From NCBI GenBank assembly GCA_963799055.1, contig CAWCVP010000021.1:76287-140286 (forward strand): a DNA stretch of 64,000 bases, written 5' to 3'. The notes beneath the pieces were generated by a model, which saw only the letters and a list, made by a program, of their open reading frames with translations, was not told the origin of the DNA and searched no databases. Position numbers and translations under genes: made by a program. This DNA is from an uncultured Candidatus Rokubacteria bacterium (GTDB lineage Bacteria > Methylomirabilota > Methylomirabilia > Rokubacteriales > DASRDR01). Below are positions 31,576 through 40,258 of the stretch, piece by piece. The stretch's first letter is position 1; each line of letters starts with the position of its first letter.

Positions 31576-32387
31576 CGCCCGGCGCCTCCGGGTGCGGGCA
31601 CTCCGTCGAGCAGCTCGGTGAGCGACGCGACGACGTGGTCCGGGCGCCACCGCGCGATCTCCGGGTCGTCCGGCCGCGTGACGCCGGTGAGGACGAGGAT
31701 GCTCGCCAGCCCGGCCGTCCGGGCCATGGCGATGTCGGTCTCGAGCCGGTCCCCCACCACGGCGCACTCGCCGGCCGGGAGCGCGAGTCGGTCGAGCGCG
31801 ATGTGGAGCGTGATCGGCGACGGCTTGCCCACGATCGGGTCCACGCGCCGACCCGTCACGCCTTCCACGGCGCCGATCATGCCCGCGGCGTCCGGGATCT
31901 CGCCGCCCTCGACCGGACAGGTCCGGTCGGGGTTCGTGCCGACGAGCCGCGCGCCGTGCCGCTTGACCGCCTGAAGCGCCATGTCGAGCTTCCGGTAGTC
32001 GAAGGTCCGGTCGAAGGCCACCACGACGTAGTCTACCCTGGGGTCGTCCACCGGCGCGAGGCCGGCCGCCCGCAGCTCCTCGACGAGCGGCGGCTCGCCG
32101 ATCACGAAGCAGCGCGCGCCGGGCTTCTCCCCGGCGAGGTGGCGCCCGAGGACGTACGAGGAGTTGATCACCTCGTCCACGACGGCGGGAATGCCGAGGC
32201 CCGTGAGCTTCGCCGCGTAGTCCGCACGGCTCTGGATCGGCTTGTTCGAGAGGAAGCACAGGCGACGCCCGGCGGCGCGAAGGGCCAGGACGGCCTCGCG
32301 GGCGCCCGGCACGAGCCGCTCCCCGAGATACAGCGTGCCGTCCAGGTCGAAGATGAAGCCGCGATACGGAAAGCGCGGCGAGATCAC
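31572..32387 (-). CDS. HAD-IIA family (NagD-like) sugar-phosphate phosphatase
   Basis: GFIFDLDGTLY.G..L.GA.E....LR..G....FLSN....S......KL..LG.......V..S.. ; ..GKP.. ; ..VGDRLETDI. GTG at 32385-32387 lies 5 nt after a -10 box. Confidence 0.8.
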   Translation of the reverse strand: MISPRFPYRGFIFDLDGTLYLGERLVPGAREAVLALRAAGRRLCFLSNKPIQSRADYAAKLTGLGIPAVVDEVINSSYVLGRHLAGEKPGARCFVIGEPPLVEELRAAGLAPVDDPRVDYVVVAFDRTFDYRKLDMALQAVKRHGARLVGTNPDRTCPVEGGEIPDAAGMIGAVEGVTGRRVDPIVGKPSPITLHIALDRLALPAGECAVVGDRLETDIAMARTAGLASILVLTGVTRPDDPEIARWRPDHVVASLTELLDGVPAPGGAGR

Positions 32388-32392
32388 GGCCC

Positions 32393-32422
32393 ACTCTAGG
32401 CGGCCCGCGCGAAAGGTGTCAA
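32393..32422 (-). promoter_or_regulatory. Predicted sigma70 promoter of the HAD-glpD operon (TTGACA-N18-TAGAGT), start codon 5 nt after the -10
   Basis: Minus strand reads TTGACAcctttcgcgcgggccgccTAGAGTgggccGTG. Confidence 0.55.
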
Positions 32423-32629
32423 GGCGACGGGCGAACGCTCGTCCCTCGGGCTCCCGATCATCCGGCGACAGGGGGAGTGTCGCGACCCGTCGGCCCCGAG
32501 TGTCCGTCGCGCCGACCTCCCGCAACGCGGGTCTGCGGGGGGTCCCGGCGGGCCGCGGGACACCGCCACAGCCGCGCGGCAGGGCGGCCCGGGAGGCCCT
32601 CGATGCCCATCGTCGGCGTACACGCTCAG

Positions 32630-33467
32630 CTAGCCCTTGACGGCGCCGGCAGAGAGCCCAGTCGTCAGGTAGCGCTGGATCCAGCCGAAGAAGACGAGGC
32701 TCGGCACGAGCGACAGCACGGCGATCGCCATCAGCATGCCGTACTCGGTGCGGTTCTCGTCGATCAGGCTCGAGAGCCCCACCGGCAGCGTCTGGAGGTT
32801 TGGGCTGTTGATCAGCACCACGGCCAGGATCAGCTCGTTCCACGCGTTGATGAACCCGTAGATCGACGTCGCCACCAGCCGGGGACGGCCGCCGGCAGGA
32901 CACCCGGAGGAGCGCCCCGCTCCGGCTACACCCGTCGACCATGGCCGCCTCGTCCAGCTCCACCGGAATGGCCGCGAAGAATCCTCGCATCGTCAGGACC
33001 GAGAACGGGAGCGTGATGACGGTGTAGGCCAGCGACCAGGGCGAGCCGCGTATTGAGGAGCCCGACCGTCCTGAACATGGTGAAGAACGGCAGCAGGAGC
33101 ACGACGTGCGGGAGCACCTGCGCCAGGAGGAAGAGAGCAATCAGCCAGGCCTTGCCGCGAAAGCGGAAGCGCGCCATCGCGTAGCCGGAGAAGACGATGA
33201 GCACCATCAGCGCGAGACAGGTCGCCGAGGCGACCCACAGGCTGTTGAGGTAGAGGGCGGCGAGGCGCGTCTGTCGGACCGCGTCGAGGTAGTTGGTCAG
33301 CGTGGCCGCCTCGGGCCAGTACCGGGGCGGAAAGGCGAAAAGCTCGCCCGGCCCCTTCAGGGACGAGTTCACCAGCCAGTAGACCGGGAACAGCGTGAAG
33401 AACAGGAATGCCGTGACCGGTCCCCGACGGGCGGTGCCGGCGAGCGCGCGAGACGGGCCGCGGGCAT
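32630..33467 (-). pseudogene. CUT1-family sugar ABC transporter permease (MalG-like), about 4 frameshifts
   Basis: MPAARLARSPAPPVGD | VTAFLFFTLFPVYWLVNSSLKGP..LNTRLALV | LAYTVITLPFSVLTMRGFFAAIPVELDEAAMVDG | LPAAVPG | LVATSIYGFINAWNEL..WIQRYLT.GL..GAVKG. Switches near 33415, 33028-33036, 32905 and 32882. Confidence 0.8.
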
Positions 33468-33469
33468 TC

Positions 33470-34407
33470 TCACTCCTCGTGCGTCAGCCGGTGGAGCTGC
33501 CAGTACACCGCGCTGAACCCGAGCAGCACCAAGCAGAGCGCGCAGGACACGGTCGCCGCGTAGCCGAAGTCGCCCTCGGTGTAAGCCTTGTCGAAGATGT
33601 AGAGTGGCAGGGTGCGCGTGAGATTGGCCGGGCCGCCCCGGGTCATGGTCCAGATGAGGTCGAGGAAGTTGAACGTCCAGAGGGCCCGCAGCAGTGTGGC
33701 CAGGATCACGGTGCCGAGCACCAGCGGGAGGGTCACGAACCGGAAGCGCTGCCACGGGCCGGCGCATCGATCTTGGCCGCCTCGTACAGCTCCGGACTGA
33801 TCGATTGAAGCGCGGCCAGCAGGACGATCGCGAAGAAAGGAGCGCCCCGCCACGCATTGGCGACGAAGAGCGCGAGCCACGTCGTGGCGGGCTGGACGGT
33901 CCACGCCACGGGCGCGCCCACGAGGTCCGCCCGCATGAGCAGGTCGTTGACCACGCCCACCGTGCCGTCGAAGAGCCAGGTCCAGATGATGCCCGTCACG
34001 ACCCCGGAGACCACCCACGGAACCAGCACGATGGTCCGCACCGTCCCCCGCCCCCGGAAGCGCTCGTTGAGGACGAGCGCCATCGCGAGCCCCAGCAGGA
34101 ATTGCGGCACTACGGAGCCGGCGACCCAGATGGCCCCCGCCTGCAGCGAGGCCCAGAACTCGGGGTCGACCAGGAGGCGCCGGTAGTTGTCGGCGCCCAC
34201 GAACTGCATGATCTGGGTCCGAAAGGGCGAGTAGTCGTGGGTGCTGAGGACGACCACGTAGCCGATCGGGTAGAGGACGCCCAGCGCGACGAGGAGGGCC
34301 ACTGGCCCCACCGCCAGGTAGGGAAACAGGCGGCCGCCCTCTCCGAGCCGGGGCCGGCGCCGCCCGACCGCTAGGGCGGCGGCCGGGAGCGGCTGCGGCA
34401 GGGCCAC
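33470..34407 (-). CDS. CUT1-family sugar ABC transporter permease (MalF-like), one frameshift at 33760-33767
   Basis: ..WRGAPFFAIVLLAALQSISPELYEAAKID then GAGPWQRFRFVTLPL..TRGGP continues in another frame. One missing G (gat gGc gcc ggc) restores it. Length 938 nt (mod 3 = 2). Confidence 0.85.
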
Positions 34408-34410
34408 CGC

Positions 34411-35727
34411 CTATCCGCTCTTGGTCGACCTCGCGAGCATGGTCTCCAGGGCGGTGGCGACGGTGTCCACGTGCTGGCGCGCCGTCTGCTGCCCGAGCAG
34501 GGCCTTCTGAATGCTGGGCGGGCACAGGGTCAGGAACCACTGCGGCCACTCGGGCAGGTGGCTCGGGTAGCGGATCAGCGCCGCGCCCGATTCCACGATG
34601 CTCCGCGGGGCCCGGAAGTGCGGGGTGTCCAGCCAGGGCTGGGTCCAGGCCTTGGTGTTGCCAGGGATGGCGCCCCACTCCTTGTTCAGGGCGCCGTTGA
34701 CCTCGGGGGTCAGGAGGTACCGGACGTACTCCCAGGCGGCGTCCTTGACCTTCGACTGCTTGTTGATCGCGTAGCCGTTGCCGCCGAAGTAGAAGAACTG
34801 ACCCCCCGGGCCGGCCGGCGGGCGCGCCACGACGAACTTGTCGGGGCCGAGGCTCTTCCCGAAGTTGCCGATCAGCCCCATCCAGCCAAATACCATCCCC
34901 AGCTGACCCGCGTTGAAGGCGTTCGCCGAATCCTGCCACCCGCCAGTCGCGGAGGCCGGGGGCGATACCTTGTCCTTCTGATAGAGGTCGAGCCAGCGCT
35001 GAAGGCCCTCCACGTGCTTGTCGCCGCGGAGGACGCACTTCCTGCCAGCGTCGAAGTAGCCGTTGGCCGCGCCGAGTCCGCCGTGGGCGAACATCCAGGT
35101 GGTCCACTGGTTGTAGGACCAGCCCGTGGCCCCCAGCGCGTAGTAGCCGTAGCGGTTCCGTCCGCTGTCGGTCATCTTGCGGGCGATCTGCGCGAAGTCG
35201 TCGAGCGTCCGGGGCGGCTCGGAGGCTCCGGCCTCCCGCAGGAACGCCGCATTGCAATACAGAACGTAGGCGTCGGCCAGAAAGCCCGCGGAGTGGGCGG
35301 TGTCGCCCACGACCCGAGACTCGGTCATGAGCGGGACGGCCAGGTCCCGGTCGAGCCCGCTCGCCTTGAGGTGCGGCTCGAGGTTCTCGAGATAACCACC
35401 CCCGGCGAACTGGGTGAGCCACTGGTGCGACAGGGCCAGGCAGTCCGGCGCGGCACCGCCCGTGAACGCCGCGGTCAGCTTGGGGACCGCCTGCGTCTGG
35501 GGGATGACCTGGACCTCCACCTCGATCGACTTGTGCGCCTCCATGAAGCGCCGGGCCAGCTCCTCCTGGAAGGCTTGGCTCGTCGGCGCGAATGGCCAGG
35601 CGAAGGCGACCTTGGTCCGGCCCTGCCCCCGGGCTGACCGGATCGCGCCGGGCGACCCGGCCAGCGTCCCAACCGCGGCGCCGGTGACGGTCGTGAGAAA
35701 GCGACGACGATTCACCTGATGGGTCAT
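34411..35727 (-). CDS. CUT1-family ABC transporter substrate-binding protein with a twin-arginine signal
   Basis: MTHQVNRRRFLTTVTGAAVGTLAG (Tat motif RRRFL). Family-1 sugar-type SBP body, intact 438 aa. ATG at 35725-35727 overlaps the upstream stop (ATGA). Confidence 0.85.
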   Translation of the reverse strand: MTHQVNRRRFLTTVTGAAVGTLAGSPGAIRSARGQGRTKVAFAWPFAPTSQAFQEELARRFMEAHKSIEVEVQVIPQTQAVPKLTAAFTGGAAPDCLALSHQWLTQFAGGGYLENLEPHLKASGLDRDLAVPLMTESRVVGDTAHSAGFLADAYVLYCNAAFLREAGASEPPRTLDDFAQIARKMTDSGRNRYGYYALGATGWSYNQWTTWMFAHGGLGAANGYFDAGRKCVLRGDKHVEGLQRWLDLYQKDKVSPPASATGGWQDSANAFNAGQLGMVFGWMGLIGNFGKSLGPDKFVVARPPAGPGGQFFYFGGNGYAINKQSKVKDAAWEYVRYLLTPEVNGALNKEWGAIPGNTKAWTQPWLDTPHFRAPRSIVESGAALIRYPSHLPEWPQWFLTLCPPSIQKALLGQQTARQHVDTVATALETMLARSTKSG

Positions 35728-36203
35728 GGGCACACCTCCATCGTGAGTCCACGGTCCACGCCCCGGGCGACAAGCTCGACCAGACCCCGGCCGGGGCACA
35801 TGCGAACGCGGTCGCCCGTCCGCAAGCGCGTCAGCGGATCGGGTGCGAGACGGTGCAGGACGGGAATGCCGGCGAGGACGAGCCCCTGCACCATGACGGG
35901 ATTCGTGCGGCCGAAGAGGACGCCGGCCGGCGCCAGGCCGCGGGCGGCAAGGTCGAGGAACGCCCAGCCTGCGGCGACGCCACCCTGGACCGCGGGGAAA
36001 TAGACAATCCGGCCCGCGAGCATCTGCCCCTCGAGCGCGTGGCCCTTCCGGGAGATGACACCGGTCTCCCGGTCCATGTCATAACGGATGCTGAAGGTGT
36101 CGCCCGAGAGGAGGACCTCGCCCTCGACATCGCGGCCGAAACCCGGCGGCGCCTCCAGCATCACCTGCTCCGCGGCGGCGGCGGCGCGCTCGGCGCTCAC
36201 CAT
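35724..36203 (-). CDS. Aconitase X swivel-domain protein (DUF126; AcnX small subunit)
   Basis: ..EGEVLLSGDTFS....D..TG.I......LEGQ.LAGRIVYFP...GG.AAGWAFL.LA..G.AP.G.L......V.V.G.VLAGIP...; typical size and motifs of DUF126, directly after a DUF521 gene. Confidence 0.75.
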   Translation of the reverse strand: MVSAERAAAAAEQVMLEAPPGFGRDVEGEVLLSGDTFSIRYDMDRETGVISRKGHALEGQMLAGRIVYFPAVQGGVAAGWAFLDLAARGLAPAGVLFGRTNPVMVQGLVLAGIPVLHRLAPDPLTRLRTGDRVRMCPGRGLVELVARGVDRGLTMEVCP

Positions 36204-37453
36204 CCCGCCCCCTCGGCCGGGAGCCGGCCGGTCACGGCCGCCTCAATGCACGCAGGCGTCCGGCGCAGGACCGGCGTCAGCCGGTAGCCGCCGATGATGT
36301 TGGCGAGCTTGGCCGAGTTGGTCAGGACGCTCCGCCAGCCGAAGGCGGCGGCCATGCGGGCGGGCTCCATGATGTACCAGCAGACGCCGGTCAGGACGTG
36401 GCCCCCCGCCCCCTCGATCGCGGCGACGTAGCCGAGCCGGCTGGCGACCTCGTGATTGCCGAAGTTCGTCGTGACCAGGAGCGTCGTGTCCGGGTGGACC
36501 CGGCGGCCGGCCAGGAGCTCGGCCACTCGGCCCAACTCGAAGACCGAAAGCTGGGGCCCCGAGAGCACTACGACATCGGCACGGGCGCGGGGCGCGGGGT
36601 ACGAGCGGTAGAAGGCGTCGAGGTGCGCGTCCTCGATGACCTCCGTCGCCGCGGGCGCTTGGCCACGGAAGGCCTCGGCCTCGTCCCTCGCCTCCGGGGT
36701 GATCCCAACCACGTGGTACATCGCGCAGGAGCCGTACGAGGCGAGCGCCGCCCCAAAGTGCTTGAGCGCATCGGGCGACGGCACGGCCCGGAGACCGGTG
36801 AGAACCGGCACCGTCCAGTAGTCGAGAGTCTGCCGGCCGACGATCCCGCCCAAGGCCCCCCAGTCGGCCACGTCGTCGAGGCGCGCGCGCACCTCGAAAC
36901 GCAGGCGCCCGACCCGCTGGGCATCGAGGTGATAGCCATAGGCCGGGGTCCGACCGGTCAAGCCGGCCGCGACCGCCGCCGGGCCCGCTTCGTAGTTGGA
37001 ACGGGCGCCCGCCACCGAGTTCGCCCAGATGACCGTGCCGGTGTCCCCCCAGGCCAGATGCTCGCCGAACCGGGGCTGATAGAGCGTCTGGTAGTTGATG
37101 CAGGTATCGACCGTGAGCGCGCCGAGCGCGCGAAGGTGCTCCACGAGTCGGGCCTCGGCCGTGACGAGCTCCCGCCGTTGACGGAGGGTAGCCGCCCGCT
37201 CGAAGTCCACGCACCGGGCGTTGGTCGTCACGGGCACCGCGAAGCGGGCCCCTCCCTCGACCAGGCCTTCGATGAATCCGAGCCCCGCCTGGCCCATGAC
37301 CTCCGTATCGCCCATCATGTGGACGCTCCGGACGGGGACGAAACGCTCGGCCTCGAAAAACACCCCGACCGCGATCTGCTGCTCGAGGGCCAGGCGCACG
37401 GGCTCGCCCAGGTCGCCGTCGCGCATCCGGCGCTCCTCATCGGTCAGCGTCAT
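36197..37453 (-). CDS. Aconitase X catalytic-domain protein (DUF521; AcnX large subunit)
   Basis: 418 aa. MTLTDEERRMRDGDLGEPVRLAL..VHMMGD..TTNA..DTCINYQ..WGDTGTVIWANSV.GARSN.E..; ..CAMYHVVGITPEA..; ..VCWY.. resembles DUF521/AcnX. ATG at 37451-37453 overlaps the iclR stop (ATGA). Confidence 0.75.
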   Translation of the reverse strand: MTLTDEERRMRDGDLGEPVRLALEQQIAVGVFFEAERFVPVRSVHMMGDTEVMGQAGLGFIEGLVEGGARFAVPVTTNARCVDFERAATLRQRRELVTAEARLVEHLRALGALTVDTCINYQTLYQPRFGEHLAWGDTGTVIWANSVAGARSNYEAGPAAVAAGLTGRTPAYGYHLDAQRVGRLRFEVRARLDDVADWGALGGIVGRQTLDYWTVPVLTGLRAVPSPDALKHFGAALASYGSCAMYHVVGITPEARDEAEAFRGQAPAATEVIEDAHLDAFYRSYPAPRARADVVVLSGPQLSVFELGRVAELLAGRRVHPDTTLLVTTNFGNHEVASRLGYVAAIEGAGGHVLTGVCWYIMEPARMAAAFGWRSVLTNSAKLANIIGGYRLTPVLRRTPACIEAAVTGRLPAEGAGW

Positions 37454-38265
37454 CGCGAGAAAGCCGTCGCGGCGACCGTTCCTGGGTCCTGGCCGAGGTC
37501 GGCCGAGATGGCCCGCGCCACCCTGATCACCTCCTGCGCCAGCCCCCGCTGGCGTCCCCGCATCCGGAACGTCGGGCCCGCCACGTTGATGGCGGCCACG
37601 AACTCGCCCACGGCGTCGAGCACCGGCGCGGCGACCGCCATCAGGCCGACCGCGTACTCCCCCGCGCTGACGGCGTAGCCGACCTGCCGGATCCGCGCCA
37701 GCTCCTCGCGAAGGCGGCCGGCCTGGGTAATGGTGTTGGCCGAGCAGGCGCGCAGGCGCGTCCGCCGGAGGTAATCCTCCGCGAATCCCGGCCGCGCCCA
37801 CGCCAGGACGACCTTGCCCGCCGCCGTGCAGTGAAGCGGGCGCCGACCGCCAACCTCGGCGACGTACCGGATCGGCTCGGGGCTGTCGATGCGCTCGGCG
37901 CAGACGACGTCGCGCCCGCTGGGCACCTGGAGGAGCGCAGCCTCCCGCGTGGCCTCGGCCAGCCGCGCGAGATGGGGTCGGGCCACGGCGGCCAGGTCGA
38001 CGTCGGTCCGGCGGCCGCGGCCGAACGCCCCGAGTGTCGGGCCGGGCCGGTAGGTTCGGGAAACGGCCTCGTACTCGAGCACCTGTCGGGCGGCCAGGGT
38101 TCGCACGATGGTCCACGTGGTGCTCCGGGGCGCCCCAAGGATCTGGCAGAGCTGGCCGAGGGTCATCGCCGCGCCCGTGCGGGCCATCAACTCCAGGATG
38201 TCGATGGCGCGGTCGACGGAACGGACGCGCGTCGTGTTCAGCATTCTGGACGGCTTCCGATACAT
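37450..38265 (-). CDS. IclR-family transcriptional regulator
   Basis: SVDRAIDILELMA......TL.QL...LG.PRSTT..IV.TL......E plus a C-terminal IclR effector domain (..H.TA.GKV.LA..). ATG at 38263-38265. Confidence 0.88.
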   Translation of the reverse strand: MYRKPSRMLNTTRVRSVDRAIDILELMARTGAAMTLGQLCQILGAPRSTTWTIVRTLAARQVLEYEAVSRTYRPGPTLGAFGRGRRTDVDLAAVARPHLARLAEATREAALLQVPSGRDVVCAERIDSPEPIRYVAEVGGRRPLHCTAAGKVVLAWARPGFAEDYLRRTRLRACSANTITQAGRLREELARIRQVGYAVSAGEYAVGLMAVAAPVLDAVGEFVAAINVAGPTFRMRGRQRGLAQEVIRVARAISADLGQDPGTVAATAFSR

Positions 38266-38274
38266 GGACGGCCC

Positions 38275-38303
38275 ATTCCATCCCGTCGGTGGCCGCGTGT
38301 CAA
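38275..38303 (-). promoter_or_regulatory. Predicted sigma70 promoter of the iclR-AcnX-ABC operon (TTGACA-N17-TGGAAT), ATG 9 nt after the -10
   Basis: Minus strand reads TTGACAcgcggccaccgacgggaTGGAATgggccgtccATG. Confidence 0.55.
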
Positions 38304-38361
38304 GCGATTCGCTCGGCGGGTCGGGCTCGCTCGGGGGGCGCGGGGAGCGGATCCGCGCAGT

Positions 38362-38380
38362 GGCCCCGCGCGGCGGGGCC
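38362..38380 (-). terminator. GC stem-loop downstream of ridA (possible terminator, no U-tract)
   Basis: GGCCCCG-ccgcg-CGGGGCC on the minus strand, 17 nt after the ridA stop and upstream of the iclR promoter. Confidence 0.35.
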
Positions 38381-38396
38381 GGGCTGGCGGCGGAGG

Positions 38397-38795
38397 TCAG
38401 GCGCCGGGCGAGAGGACGGCGACCGCCTCGATCTCGACGAGCAGGCCGGGCAGCGCGAGGCGGCTCACCTCGACCAGCGTGCTCGCGGGCCGGTTGGCGC
38501 CGAAGTAGGCCTGCCGCACCTCGTTGACGCGCGGCCGGTCGTCGACGTTGGCCAGGTAGACCGTGACCTTCACCACGTCGTCGAGCGTCGCCCCGCCCGC
38601 GGCGAGCACGCCCCGGACGTTCTCCAGCACCTGGCGCGTCTGGGCGACGACGTCACCGGGGCCGACCAGTCGCCCCTCGCCGTCCAGCGCCACCTGGCCC
38701 GAGACGTAGATGGTGTCCCCGACCCGGACCCCGTTCGAGTAGTGACTGATCGGAGCCGGCAGCCCCGGCGGGTTCAGGAGCGTGTGGGCAGGCAT
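38397..38795 (-). CDS. ridA: RidA/YjgF-family reactive-intermediate deaminase
   Basis: PISHYSNGVRVGDTIYVSGQVA.D..G.LVG.GD...QTRQVLEN....L.AAGATL.DVVK.TVYL......R.......Y......PA.T.VEV..L....LVEIEA.A. Confidence 0.88.
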   Translation of the reverse strand: MPAHTLLNPPGLPAPISHYSNGVRVGDTIYVSGQVALDGEGRLVGPGDVVAQTRQVLENVRGVLAAGGATLDDVVKVTVYLANVDDRPRVNEVRQAYFGANRPASTLVEVSRLALPGLLVEIEAVAVLSPGA

Positions 38796-38807
38796 CGGGC
38801 GGCCTCC

Positions 38808-40250
38808 TCAGGGCAGGAGCGGCGCGACGGCGCGCTGCGCGAGGGCCAGGACGGGCCCCGGCCAGAGGCCGAGCTGGAGCGTGACCCACGCCGACAGGCC
38901 GAGCGCGATCGACGCCGCCGGGGTGACGAAGGCCGTGGTCGGGGCGCCCTCCGGCTCCCGCATGTACATGTAGACGATCAGGCGCAGGTAGTAGTACGCG
39001 GCGACGACCGAGTTCAGGACCGCGATCACCGCAAGCCCCACCAGTCCCTGCTTGATCGCCGCGCTGAAGAGGTAGAACTTTCCGACGAACCCGGCGGTCG
39101 GCGGCATGCCGATCAGCGCCAGCAGGAAGACGGTCAGGGCGAGGGCCAGGATCGGATGCCGGCTGGACAGGCCTCCGAACGCGGCGACGTCGACCGCCTC
39201 CTCCCCCTCCCGCTCCAGGAGGAGGATCACGCCGAAGGCCCCGGCCGACGCGACCGCGTAGACGGCCAGGTAGAAGAGCACCGCCGGTGAGCCCGGCTCG
39301 AGGCCCGCGGCCAGGCCCACCAGCATGTAGCCGACGTGCGCGACCGAGGAGTAGGCCAGCAGGCGCTTGACGTTGCCCTGCGCGAGCGCCACGACGTTCC
39401 CCACCGTCATCGTGAGCGCGGCGAGGATCCAGAGCGCGGCCGCCCAGTCCGCCTGCAGGGGGTGCATGGCCGCCAGCACCCGGAGGAGCCCCCCGACCGC
39501 GGCGGCCTTGGAGCCGGTCGCGATGAACGCGGCCACGGGGGTCGGCGCGCCCTGGTAGACGTCGGGCGCCCACTGGTGGAAGGGGACGGCCGAGGTCTTG
39601 AACCCGAAGCCGACGAGGAGGAGCGCGAGGCCCGCGAGGACCATCGGCTCCCGCGCGGCACCCGGGGCCGCGAGGGCGGTGCCGAGCCGGGCGAGGTTGG
39701 TCGTCCCCGTCGCACCGTAGAGGAGCGCGATCCCGTAGAGGAAGAACCCGCTCGCGAACGCGCCGAGCAGGAAGTACTTCAGGGCGGCCTCATGGCCTTC
39801 GAGCCGGGCCCGGAAGGAGCCCGCGAGCACGTAGAGCGACAGCGACATGAGCTCGAGCGCGAGAAAGATGACCAGGAGGTCCGTCCCCGCCGCCATCAGC
39901 ATCATGCCGATCGTGGCGAAGAGCGCCAGCGCGTAGTACTCGCCCGTCACCACGCCCTGACGCGGGAGATAGCCGACCGACAGGAGCAGCACGAGGACGG
40001 CCGCGGCCCCGATGACCACGTTGAGAAAGAGCGCGAACCCGTCCACCACGAGCATCCCCTGGAAGGTCGTCGCCGCGCCGCCCCAGAGGAGGGCCGACAC
40101 CCCGGTCGCGCCGACCACGCCGAGCACCCCGGTGGCGGCGAGGACGCCCGGCCGGGCGCCCCGCGGGCTCGCGTCGAGCAGGAGGCACGCGAAGCACGCC
40201 ACCATCACGATCAGGACCGGGTAGAGCGCGGGCCAGTCGAGGGTCGGCAT
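38808..40250 (-). CDS. nuoN: NADH-quinone oxidoreductase subunit N
   Basis: 480 aa. ..FLALELMSL.LY.L......EAALKYF..GA..SG..LYG..L.YG..G...; ..FK....PFH.W.PDVY.GAP.PV.A. ATG at 40248-40250. The N-terminal half of the 891-aa track ORF is out-of-frame overlap with nuoM. Confidence 0.92.
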   Translation of the reverse strand: MPTLDWPALYPVLIVMVACFACLLLDASPRGARPGVLAATGVLGVVGATGVSALLWGGAATTFQGMLVVDGFALFLNVVIGAAAVLVLLLSVGYLPRQGVVTGEYYALALFATIGMMLMAAGTDLLVIFLALELMSLSLYVLAGSFRARLEGHEAALKYFLLGAFASGFFLYGIALLYGATGTTNLARLGTALAAPGAAREPMVLAGLALLLVGFGFKTSAVPFHQWAPDVYQGAPTPVAAFIATGSKAAAVGGLLRVLAAMHPLQADWAAALWILAALTMTVGNVVALAQGNVKRLLAYSSVAHVGYMLVGLAAGLEPGSPAVLFYLAVYAVASAGAFGVILLLEREGEEAVDVAAFGGLSSRHPILALALTVFLLALIGMPPTAGFVGKFYLFSAAIKQGLVGLAVIAVLNSVVAAYYYLRLIVYMYMREPEGAPTTAFVTPAASIALGLSAWVTLQLGLWPGPVLALAQRAVAPLLP

Positions 40251-40258
40251 CCCGGGGG

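Noticed and set aside
38241-38280. Direct repeat TGGACGGC (38247-38254 and 38265-38272) flanked by ATTC, around the iclR start, as a possible IclR operator.
   Set aside because: The repeat is short and GC-rich and partly inside the coding sequence. It has no palindromic symmetry of the kind IclR dimers or tetramers usually recognise, so it could be chance.
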